From NCBI GenBank assembly GCA_003427395.1, contig BFEA01000006.1, forward strand, positions 2,684,515 through 2,748,514: a stretch of 64,000 nt of DNA, in the 5' to 3' direction. The position numbers were made by a program, and so were the translations under genes. Origin of the DNA: Chara braunii (lineage: Eukaryota; Plantae; Charophyceae). The notes below the pieces were generated by a model that was not told the origin of the DNA, made no database searches, and saw nothing but the letters and a program-made list of their open reading frames with translations. Shown piece after piece: positions 11,761 to 23,487 of the stretch (its first letter is position 1; every line of letters starts with the position of its first letter).

Positions 11761-12149
11761 GGGCACCATACCAATATTGTAAATCTTGAAATTTTTCAAG
11801 AATGCTAGTGAAAGCATTGGTCTGAAGATAGAAACCAGGACTGTCAACCGAGTACTCCTAGCATAATGGAAAAAAAAAGTGTCGTTAACCTTCTGTCCAT
11901 AAAAGTTAAACAATCCCACAAAGACAAGCACAAACTTAAAATCCACCTCTAGAAACTAGCCTCTCTTCTAAAATGGCAATGTCTAGAACGACAATGGTAC
12001 CCCACTGGGACCCCATAAGCCACCAAGCACTCCCTCCACCAACCTGTCCCCCTGCCCTCCTCCTGCAAGGGAAAAACCGAGCACCTAGGTTTAAATTTCA
12101 AACAAACCAGAGGAACCAATGAAACCAATTAACTATCCATACTTCCAAC

Positions 12150-14124
12150 TTTTTAATTATCCAACCATGAGCATATAGGTTTTTCAAGCCCTGGGCTCAC
12201 CATTGTCTTATTATGAGAACCATTTATTTAAAATCAGCCTTCCTTCTATTTGTGTCACAAATTTACCACCAATCCCCATGTTTCCTCAAACCATCGAGTG
12301 AAGTTCCCTCTGTCTTTCCTTCGCCAATCTTCCTGAATGAGGCGGCGTAGAGAGGACTTAAACAACTTTCTGATTTCCTTGTTCGACATTTCTCGGTTGT
12401 CGAATAGTCGTCGGTTCCGTTCCTTCCAAATCACCTTACATCCAACCACACGTGCCATTTGAACTATATAACCTCATCCTCTCCCTGTTTTCAAGTGGTC
12501 CGGAAGCCCCCCCTAAAAAAAAGCAATCGCGATTCCAATTCAATCGATTATTTGAAATCGTCACCCAAAATCCCTGCCACCAATCCCAATTTTTTTTAGA
12601 GGTAGGACGATCGTACCGAAGATGTACAATGGACTCAAAGGCCCAATTACATTTTTTGCAGGCCGGTTCCATTTTGAGCCCTCTCTAGGCTAAGTTGACT
12701 GCAGACGGAGTGGTCAATAGAGAGAGCATCCATAAGTTTGCAGTTAGGCGAGGACTAGGAGCACAAGTTAGTTGTTTCCAACATCGAGTTAAAGCAGTTT
12801 CTACCCGTGGGGTGCATCCTGCCAACTGGGCATCCAGCCAACTGGGCTTCAGATTCTTGTGCCAATGTATAGAAAGGCAGCACCCGATCCTCCTCTTCTT
12901 GACCTTTTTCCTTCCAGCCCCACATTTTAGGATCCAGCCTTAGCTCTAGGATCGAGTTAAAGCAGTTTCTACCCGTGGGGTGCATCCAGCCAACTAGGCA
13001 TTGCCCCTTCATGTACTAGAGTTAACCCAACTTCGCCCTGGTAGCTGAGGGGGAGACCCATTGACTTTCCAAGGTGTTTCAGATATCCGCAATACGCAGT
13101 ACACCTTTTTCAATCCGTCTTCTCCCAAAGTTATTGGAAGCGGTATCTGCAGCAAACCAACTACCATCCGATTTAAAAATGTGCGGATTCTCGAATAAAG
13201 GTTGTAAGAGAATCTCATCCTTGGACATCGATAGCAGCCATGAGTTTGGTTTGAACAGCCGCTAGGCAGATAACAGCGCTTTTCAAAATTCCGATTTAAT
13301 CACACGGTTCTAGTACGAGGTCAATAAAAGGCAAGTCCAAATATTAAAAGGTCTTTGAAGATTCCATTATGAGACGAGGATTGATTCAATCATAAGGATC
13401 CAATGAGACTCCTCATAGGAGCAAATGACCTTAATGATCCAGCTGACAAGCATGGCTGTGTTCTTTTGTCGGGGGTCTATAAACCCTAGGCATCCTTCCG
13501 TCTTTGAAAAACAGAGCATATCCCAGACAACTTTTGACATGAAACTCTGGATATCCCCCCGCAAAAGGTTTTCATACAAATTTGGCAGCTCTCCTGCGAA
13601 TCAGACCACAAAATTATCTTCGTAAAGGTCTAACAGCAGTCATAAACCAAAGCAAGGCAAAAAGAGCACCATTGACCAACATTACCCTACAGTAGATGGA
13701 CAGGTGAGGGGCTTTGCCCCACATGGACACCCTCTGTAGTGTTCGTTGTAACACAATGTCCTCTTGATCTACTGTACACGAGAGCAAATAAACATGCACC
13801 CCAAGAAAGCGTTCAAAGTTGGAGGCCTCTATACGTTTCATACCCCAATTCACCGAGGGAGAGAAGCAACTATGAAGGAAAAAACAGATTTAGCCTAGTT
13901 AACAGATGCTTCAGACATAATCGAGCATTCGCCGAAGCAGCCCTTCAAAGCATTCATCGAGGAGACCGATATTTTTTAGATGGCAAGAAAATTGTCCGCA
14001 CGGGCCTTTACCTTATATTATGTCTGACTTGTACAAAACCCTTGATTTGAGGGTGGGCCCGAATATTACATAACAAGTTTTCCATCAGTATCACAAATAA
14101 TAGAGGAGTTAGGGGACAACCCTC
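12150..14124 (-). pseudogene. L1/Tx1-type LINE ORF2 3' half (RT C-terminal motifs plus CCHC zinc finger), decayed
   Basis: GCPLTPLLFVILMENLLCNIRAHPQIKGF; YADD-equivalent (RADN here, LADD in the mirror); ERFLGV; KVVWDMLCFSKTEGCLG; CKKC...ESIVHL; WKERNRRLF. Contains frameshifts and stops. Confidence 0.9.
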
Positions 14125-14884
14125 GGTTTTGCGTATGATCATATGTATATATATTTGAAGGAAGTCACACCATGATTGTGAGAGTGAGCGTCTCCTATCT
14201 CATGACTTTTATATCGTGTTTCTTGTGTCCGCTTGACCCATTGAGGCCGTGCATAGTGATTAAGTAAGTTTTACACTGAGACAAAAGGGAGATCCCCTGC
14301 TATCTGTTGCTTTTTATAATTAATATAGTTGGACGTTGGAGTCCGTGGCAGCCGTCAAAGTCAAACCCCTTGATCTTTGGCTACCACGACAGCTCTGAAG
14401 CTGTTTACTCAACCCCTCTGCATAGGGTGCAGAAGAGGGCGTGGTCTTCAACCNCACATGGCGGTTATCTGGCATTGAGAGATTACCCCTCAAAGCGCCT
14501 GTCAGTCGACACTTGAATGTCGAACACGACCCCCGAGATTATCAAGGGCCGTGGGGCTATGAGTACCACGTAGTACCCCATCAGCGCGAATGATTGCGTA
14601 TGTCCGCATGGCTGGTTGACATGAGAAGGCCGTGCGCTCGTTCGACTTTCATACGAAAGCCCCGCGCGCGATACCTATCCGAGTCTGGCTGCAAAGAGTT
14701 ATGGGTCGGATACTGAAGGGACTAGGAGTTTGTTGCGTTGTGGTGTTGTTTGTGGTGTGTCCTCACGTATTATGTGTTGGTAAGTGTGAGTATTGTGGCG
14801 TAACGCGTGGTGTGTGTAGCACGTCTTAGCCGATCGGCGTCGGATCATGTCTGGGACTTCAGCCCCCCAGTGCGTCGATTCCGG

Positions 14885-15145
14885 TACGGGTTCGATTCTG
14901 GGCATTCGACCACGAGTATCTGCTATGCTACAACGAACGAGAAACGCCCTCGGCTGGGCCACCTCTGCAATTGCATACGAAAAGCCTTCCCATATGGTTC
15001 AGTAGCTCAGCGGGGATACGCCCACCTAAGGGATGGTGACAGCTCCACCAGGTGGAGGTAAGCGGTGTCTCGCGTGACCCTGTCCTATCGTAGGGGCTTG
15101 CGAGAGGTACGACTGGCGCACTCGGCCGGAGCGACAAACGCTCTC
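14885..15145 (+). ncRNA. Candidate structured RNA, variant 2 (other copies ~26885-27145, ~40206-40468, and minus strand ~50655-50915)
   Basis: Stems in the consensus of the copies: gggcgtt/aacgccc, ctgggccac/gtggttcag, ccacct..ggga-[tggtgacagc]-tccc..aggtgg, agcg-gcaa-acgct. This particular copy carries a few stem-breaking substitutions. Confidence 0.5.
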
Positions 15146-18100
15146 CGCGACAAGTCCTGCACAATCCTCCGTGACGCGGCCGGGAGCGTACCCGTGCGGA
15201 ACGGATGCGTGTGACAAGTGGCACCGTTGCCGGGGATCTCGGCTGCCTACCGGGGTCCTTAAGAAAGCGAACCCAGGTTAAGTGCAGACTGACGATCTAG
15301 GCAAAACGATAAAATTTTGATAATGGCGTTAGGTGAATGGGTGGTGAGTAGCGTGTTGATGGTTCTGATGGTATTACACTATTGAAAGGAAGTGCGAGAT
15401 AGGGACGTTTGTATACGATGACACCAAGTAGTGGCAGCTTTAATTATACATTTGCCGATCAAGGTACAATAGGGTAATAATAATGATGTTCTACGTATAT
15501 AATGTCATAGACTGATCGCCATTCGCATTTGGTGCGACTCTGCATATTCGGTTACCCAAGAAAGAATCTTTGGTATTTTAACATAATCAATGAGCTGCCT
15601 AAGTTTTTTATGGTTGTATCACGGTACGCTAGCGAGAGGAAATAACTTGGCTAAGAAAGAGGTATTTTCTAAGGATTCTTGTAAGAAGAAGACGTGTAAC
15701 ATTCTATCTATTTAAGCATTTGAGTTATGATTCTAAGAGTATACTTGTCAGTCTATCTATGAAATTCATCCATCTGCATCAGAAATTCTATCTAAGTAAG
15801 CATATTTAAATGTTGACTTATACAAGACTATGTGTCTGATGTTATCTATCCGAGTCTTATTCATGAGCTGTCTATCTGATTTTGTTCTGGCTGTATATAA
15901 CTCATTGGACCTGTGTTATCTGAATTATTCATTCGTATCCATGTTGTTTTATCTACATACATGGGTTGATCTTTTAAAAGGGGTTAGAGATATTACACAG
16001 AATGCACGTCCGATGCGGATTTGGAGGTGGATGGAACGACCAGCTCCTTGGGAAAGTAAGTCTCGCAAAGAAATTGTCAATGTGTGAAGGCTACCCCACG
16101 AAAGTTGCAACCCTATGTTATTAGTTCCCTAAAAGATGGCTTTGAAGAAATTATAATCTAGTCTTGAAGGTGGTAGTGAGACTCACGCCGAAACTTGTTT
16201 CTGGTCCATAGTGGGGTGTTGTCATCTAATATTTGTGATAAAATGACTACACTACTACCGAATAGGAAGAAAGTGTTTGGGCCTTGTTTGACCATGGCCT
16301 GTGAGGAAGACGGCTACTGCCTGCCACAGAGAGGTCGGGGGTGAAGCCCCTACTATTTTTGTGTTAAGTAGGTTCATCTACATGCGAAGGGATAGGTCAT
16401 CCGGGAGTATGTGTGGTGAGGTTGTCTACTTCATCGGCAAGGGTCTGCAAGGTGCGAGTGCTGGAATCGGAGGGAGATGCAGTGAGGCTTGATCCTTAAG
16501 CAGGGCTCAGGAATAAGATGTTATCCCTTTAAGAAAGGATTACACTGCCACGCGACACAATATAATTTTGTCAAAGCCTCGGGGAGTATAATATAAGATT
16601 TTTACTATTGTTGCATTCGAAAATATTCGTAATCATGGTATCATTATTTATTCATGATTATTTCTCCATTACGATATGTAACATGGCAGTACATATATGA
16701 TTACTATTGTTATTATTTTTATATTGTCGTACGATCAAGACTAGTGGAAAAGATATATTTTAAAGAGCGAGTGAGAGTGTAACAAAAAGGTTCGGTAAGG
16801 AACTGATAAGACAGACTGACTCTAAGGCAGGGATTATCCTGCTCATCCTTGAGTTGAGGTTGCTCAACTTTAAGTACGTGCATGACTTTGAGGTTTTTTT
16901 TTCCCCCCCTTGAGTTGAGATATCTTAGCTCTATACCTAATAAGACTTAAGACTACCTCTTTATGTGACGATCACTATTACTCTCACGTGTGTGGATTTA
17001 TCCTGATGTGTGATGATTTTTTTGTGAGAGGCATATAGGTGGCACTTCGTGCATTTTTGTGAATGTAAAGTGTGTAAACTGTTTACTCTGTGGTATACTC
17101 GCGCAATCTGCCAACGGACGAACAATAGGCTCGAGCATAAGAAAGAGGGACACAATTTGTTTGGGGAAAGATGTATGAAAAGTCCTAAGGGACTTATGAG
17201 TCTTCTGAGACTCAGATGCTTGGAAGGTGGTTGAATGATTTGAAATGGCATGGAAAACGGTTTGAATGATAAAGTCTCACGAGAAAGACCAAGAGAAGTT
17301 ATTATTTTGGTGAAATTTTGGAAGGTCGCAAATTGGTGAAAGTTGAGAGATGTCATAAGATGTGTGGTCAGCCTTACTCTGATCAAGTGGGAGGCCACGG
17401 CCCTGTGAATCTGGCGGTGATTTTCTGGAGGATTTTGGAGAGGACACCAGATTCTCTATGTTGTCCTACAGAGAGCTGGTAAATGCCTCTGAGACTTGAG
17501 TGAGTCAGACCTTTGGGTGGTCCCGTAATAGGCATGAGATTAATGCGACACACCGTCCAGTCACTATGATGCTAATCTTAAGACATATGTTGTGAGGACA
17601 AGCTAAGGCGCTATACTTAGCATCGCTGAAACTGTGGAACCTAACTCCCAGCGAGGGCCGCTGACCGGCGCAACCTGGCAGCGGGACCACGACTCACCAA
17701 AGGGTAAGGCTTGAGGGATGTGGCCGCCTCAGAGAGTCTTATTCCCGCGGGATGTCGGAGGGATAAGAGTCGAGTCGTATTTTTTTGTAGGTCATGATAG
17801 TATGATTTATCAGGAGAATCGCCCATCGTTGCACAACCAAAGAGGGTACCGTTGCTAAAATAACAACGTGACATGCCGTAGATCTGAAGCGCAGGCCTTG
17901 GTGCACTTCAACATACCTAAGCCACCCGCAAATACTCTTTATATGGAGAATGACGCCTCCTAAGTCCAAGCTTGGGCTTAGCCCTATTGGTTGTAGTGCT
18001 AGACTTTCACCCAACATACCCCGGGTTCGAGGCCAGTAGCCAGCAGCGGAGCAGCGGAGGAGTGCGTCGGACTGAGCCAAGGGGTTGAGGGTTCCGTAGG

Positions 18101-20892
18101 ACTATCCCTCTTGGCTTTTTGTGAGGAGTTCCGACCACGGGCCCGTGGGATAGGACCAGACACCAACGATCCCCCCCCCAGTTCCGCTTCCAAGAAGTTT
18201 TTTTTTCAGTTTTATTATTATTAGTTATTTTTTATTATTATTATTTTATTTTATTTTATTTTTTTTGTGGTATTGTTGTATTTTTGAACACGGTCCGGCG
18301 GTGGCACCAGATCCGCCCGTGACTCAAGTAAATAGTTTAGTGGATACACCACTGAATAGTTGTATACACGCACCCAAACTCGGTCGAGGACGCAGGCCCT
18401 CGATGCCTGTCGAGAGATCCACAGCGGGGCAGACTGCACAGCTGTGCACCTGAAAACCCTCCCCGTTCCGCTGTTCTTTTTAATGTTTTTTACTCATCCT
18501 TATATACCCCTTGGTTCCAGTTGGGAGACAGCCCACGTGCTGGTTCCGGGGCTGGCAAGGGTACCAATGGGCTTAGCTCAGTTGGTACACACAGAACTGT
18601 TAAAAATACAGACCTCTCCTTGAGGCCAGATACAATCACATGCTAGAGTAACGTACTTTCTGAATTACCTAGGGGCCAGCCAGTCCCAAGGTATTACCTC
18701 ATGGCCATGCGCACAGGTTGGTCCTTCGGGATGTCCGTTAAAGTTGAGATAATACCCCAACTGCAGTGGCGGTCACCTGCGTTTGGGCATGTGCAGTGAC
18801 CGAAACTCCGTGGGCTTGTTGCTCCCTGAGTTGTAGTCCTGGGAGGCAACTTCTGCAATAGGCCTGGCACCAGTTCCAGGACCGGTAGTGAGGCCAACTG
18901 GCTCGGCTCAGTCGGCATACCCACGAATTCCTGAAATGCAGATCCAGTCCCGGATCTGATCTTGTGCAGCCTCGTTAAGGAATTTGCCTTTGGTCCTTCG
19001 GGACGTCAATGAATCAATCAATAAGTAAATAAATAAAAGAGATTTAGGGCAACACAGACAGAGGTTGACATGGCCCATACAAAAGGAAAAGGGGGGGGGG
19101 AAAGGCCTGAACCTGGCAAGGGTATGGGATTGGGTATACCACCCGCCGCCCATGATCTGCTGCGAGAAGCTTGAGTGTGAGCACGGCCGTTGGGGCCAGC
19201 GTCGATGCTGACCAACGTTAAGGCTCAAGGGCCTGGCTCATTTGGTACGGACTGTTGGAACACAGAGTCAAGTTCGAATCCTGGAGCCTCCAACTGAAGA
19301 AGGAATAAACTCACTCTAACTTGCCTAAGGCTAGCCGGTTCCACAGCAGTGCCTTAGAACTGATGCTCCAGCACACATCCTCCGGGATATCCACTAGAAT
19401 TGGGACGACACAGAGTAGGTTAGCATGATCTCTGCGCGAGGGTGGCACCTATAAAGGCTGGGATGCAGAGCAGGATCGCCGTTGGCCTTCCTCTTCTACT
19501 TTTGCCTTGGTGGTGGAACGCATCGGCAGGCCATGCAGCGCTGCCAGGGGGAGCAGGAGGTGGAAGGCAAGGCAGCGGAGTGACGGACGGCGGGGAGAGA
19601 CCGGGCTGGCCGCTGTGGCAGCAAGGGAGAGACCGGGCTGGCCGTTGTGGCAGCGAGGGAGAGGTGAAAGAACCCGGATGCATTTTCGCACCGGGTACAT
19701 CCGATACAGAAGGAGGAAGGAGGTGGATCAAAGCAGGCAGCTACGACGAAGATGGGGACGGATGAGGAGAATGAGAGAGAGGATGTGGAGTGGGTTAGCA
19801 ACAAAACGGGGTAAGCGGAGGGAGTCAACAAGGTGGAAAGGCGAGTGAATGAGTCCGGACGGCCTGTCAGGCAAGGTGCATGCGAAGAGGGAGTGAACCC
19901 CGCATGAGTTTGTGCCAAATGCATTCGAAGAAGACAACGGAGAAATGAGCATGGTGGGAAGGAGGGATCGTAATTTGCCCATCTCCTGCTAGAATCGGTC
20001 AGGAAAGGTAGTAGGGAGAGATTATTGGACCAGGCGGGTGTAGAAGTAGCATTAGAGTTGACGAAAGACTAAGCAGAAGGAGAGATCAGAAGAAGACAGT
20101 CCGCGCCCAGATATGGCGGGAACGAGCAAAGACAGAATAGAAGTGAAGAAATGTGAAGACCGCCCGATCCTGGATGGAAACGGGCGGGGGAAGGTCTGAG
20201 ATGGGGGGTTTTGACCATTGTGAACGTGATGGTGAAATTAGATTAGAAAGAGAGTTAGTAGAAGACGAGCTACTACAGAAAGCTATTGCGCGGGGATATG
20301 GAGGGAGCTGGCTATGGCGGGCCAGAAAGTAGTGTAACTCGCCTATTTCTTAATGAAATCGGGCGAGTAAAAATGCTATCTAGGGGTGTTGGGGCATGGA
20401 GAACTCAAATATGAAGTCAGTTTTTAGAGAAAGTTAGCAGAGAAAGAGTAGGATTAGAACAGCACCGCGCGGAGGTGCCGGAAGGAAGTGGAGGCCGTGA
20501 GGCGGAAAAACCATATTTCACTCGTTACTTCGTAGAAATGAGTAAGTAAAGACTCGACTGTGGGGTTTGGAACCCGGGTGAAGTTGATGGCGATGGGAGA
20601 AGAGAGAAAGGAGTGCTAGTATTGGGGCTATGGGAGTTGGAGGCTGCGCAGTGCACGACAGAAAACAGCAGTAAAAGAGGAAACTCGAAACGGCAGTGTA
20701 TCTGTCCGTGTTATAGCGGAGGATTCAAGCTCATGTTGCACATTTGGGGAGTAAGCCCTCCAGCGCATCGTTATAATGTCCATCATCGAGACCAGGACGT
20801 GATCCTCGTTATTGGGATCGTGGGTTGGTCGACGTATGCCTCGCATTGCTTTGCGTGATGGTCGGAGTCACCATTTTTTTGTCACGAGTGAT

Positions 20893-21482
20893 NNNNNNNN
20901 NNNNNNNNNNNNNNNNNNNNNNNNNNNNNNNNNNNNNNNNNNNNNNNNNNNNNNNNNNNNNNNNNNNNNNNNNNNNNNNNNNNNNNNNNNNNNNNNNNNN
21001 NNNNNNNNNNNNNNNNNNNNNNNNNNNNNNNNNNNNNNNNNNNNNNNNNNNNNNNNNNNNNNNNNNNNNNNNNNNNNNNNNNNNNNNNNNNNNNNNNNNN
21101 NNNNNNNNNNNNNNNNNNNNNNNNNNNNNNNNNNNNNNNNNNNNNNNNNNNNNNNNNNNNNNNNNNNNNNNNNNNNNNNNNNNNNNNNNNNNNNNNNNNN
21201 NNNNNNNNNNNNNNNNNNNNNNNNNNNNNNNNNNNNNNNNNNNNNNNNNNNNNNNNNNNNNNNNNNNNNNNNNNNNNNNNNNNNNNNNNNNNNNNNNNNN
21301 NNNNNNNNNNNNNNNNNNNNNNNNNNNNNNNNNNNNNNNNNNNNNNNNNNNNNNNNNNNNNNNNNNNNNNNNNNNNNNNNNNNNNNNNNNNNNNNNNNNN
21401 NNNNNNNNNNNNNNNNNNNNNNNNNNNNNNNNNNNNNNNNNNNNNNNNNNNNNNNNNNNNNNNNNNNNNNNNNNNNNNNNNN
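20893..21482. other. Assembly gap (590 N)
   Basis: Run of N. Confidence 1.
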
Positions 21483-23487
21483 CACTGCAGGCATGACCAC
21501 TCTTACTAGGTGGAGTGATCTGCTTGATTGGGCTCGTTAGCGAGCGAGACCTTCAGTCTGCGGAATGGCCACATAGGAGAGTGGTAGATTGGGAGCCCCC
21601 GCTCCTTGACGTAGTAGGCGATGGAGCAGAACGCCGAGGGTGCACTCGTTGCTTCGGTCCAAGTGTGACTATATGCCATAACCGGTGGTCGGCCATCAAT
21701 AACCGGCTGCGGGTTCTTACGTAATTGGTGCATGGAGACTTGACTGAGGCGACACTTTTTGGCGGCCAGTGCAGGCATCTTGGGATGAACTTGGCAGGGA
21801 CGGAAGCGGGGGGTGACGAGGCGAGCGAGCGGTACGATCAAGAGCTTATGTGTTAGCCAATGTAGTGACCGGGCTCAGCAAACAGGGCTGCAGCAGACCA
21901 GCCGTAAAAATTGCAGATCTATCTGTTGGGTGGTGTGTCGCTCGTTCTGTTAGCCTGTGCAACGACAGATCAGCTGCGAGACCTGAAGGCTTACCTGATG
22001 CCTAGCACGCTGCCTGTATGTGGACTGAGGGAGCGGGTTGTGGAAACTGTAGGTTTGGCTGCTGGCCGACACGCCCTTCGTCTGACCAGTCTGTGCGGTA
22101 ACGGGCCAGCCACGGAGTGGCTAATTTAGTTATTAACTAGCGTACGGTCTTTGTGCTGAGTGGCGGAAGTTGCAGGTTCAGGCCCTTGTAAGCAGCGTCG
22201 TTCATTGCAAAATAAAGCTGCGACAGGCCAATTGGGTTGGGCACGCCGGGTGGATGAGCGGTGTACAGCCTGCCCATTAAGGAAAATAGTTGGAGGGAGG
22301 CATTTAAGGACCGGATGAGCAGCTAAGTTGTGAAGGGACTGTTGCTTACTACCGTTTACTGCTGTTGGTTGTTGACGACTGTTACAGGCTGCCACAACAC
22401 GCAGACTGTGTATTGCTGAGTTGCTGCGCTGACACCTCACCGGGCACGTGAACCCTGTTGTAACTTCATTAATAGGTCCTGCTGTGCACCTTGTGTGCAC
22501 ACGCTGGGGCACGGGCCCTCACGGTAACGGATAGCTGAGTTGGGGACTGTCTTGCTGTGCACCCCTCATTCCGCTATGTTTCCATTAACAGTTTCCCCGC
22601 GGTACCTCTTGCTGTGCATGGCTTGCGGCCTGCCATTGATCTGGCCTGCCGTTACAAGCCTGCTGACCGTTCACCTTGAACACCTTGCTAACGAGTGGTT
22701 GATTAATAAGCAGAAGGGATAAGCGAGTGGTAGTGGCAACTGGAAGTTGGGTATTGGTGCTGAGTACTTGGTCACCGTCACAATTGGATCCCATTATGGT
22801 TCGTACTACTGACGCCATTGCTGTTGTACATCAGGCTGTTATGGCAGGTATCTGGATAGGGCACGGGGATGTGCTCTATTCGAACGCGGCCCTTTCTAGG
22901 CTGCATATCGGAGGTTTCGTCAGGAGGAGGACACTGCTCCGACTTGGAGGCCTGTCCAAGGACTGATACCCGGCGTTCCGACCACGGGTTGAGCATTTCA
23001 ACTGCGTTTTATTGGCCGTCATTGCGGGGCCCTCAGGTGCATCAAGGTAACAAGGCCCTCTCCTGCGAGTCTGAGCGCACCCCTCTTGTATCTGAGAGTC
23101 CGAACTTCCTTTCGCTGCCTTTCTCAGTCTAAGTCTAGTCTTATGGTTTCGAGAGGAAGGCGGCAGGCGGGATTGTAACCCGTAGGTCTGCGCCAAGGCC
23201 TCTGTGGGATGTTTCCCCACCGATTGCGGGAGCTCTGCCGGAGCCCAAGCGGGGTTCTGGAGGCAGGGAACACTCAGGTATAACCCTCGAGTTACGCTTG
23301 TGATCCTATCACTAAACTATATTAACCTCACGCTATTGTCTAACTGTAGGTATGAGTGGAAAGGATATCTGATTCATTTGCTTGTTTAAAATCAGGACAT
23401 TGCCTTGCAGAGTAAATTGACAAGTCTTTATTGATAATTAAGATTAACTGATTGAATTCAAACAACACGAGGATTGTAATTAAGTGG

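Larger units (their letters stand above)
1673..20323. repeat. Left arm of ~19-kb inverted duplication
   Basis: Reverse complement of 44851-64000. Mirrored ORFs have near-constant coordinate sums (2861+62812=65673; 5278+60491=65769; 13853+51947=65800). The inner end gctatggcgggcc (20323) matches ggcccgccatagc (44851). Confidence 0.95.

Noticed and set aside
8009-11946. Many ORFs up to 361 aa (and mirrors at 53941-57841)
   Set aside because: They are translations of satellite DNA in several frames, with no coding signal.
14850-14902. tRNA(Sec)-like or SINE head (cttca loop, GGTTCGATTC B-box-like)
   Set aside because: No convincing acceptor stem, D-arm or A-box could be built.
14125-15216. LTR of a tandem LTR retrotransposon
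   Set aside because: No TG...CA pair at both ends, no target duplication, and no visible PBS/PPT or gag-pol remnants.
20812-21540. Long ORFs spanning gaps (also 34057-34885)
   Set aside because: They consist of N-derived X residues.
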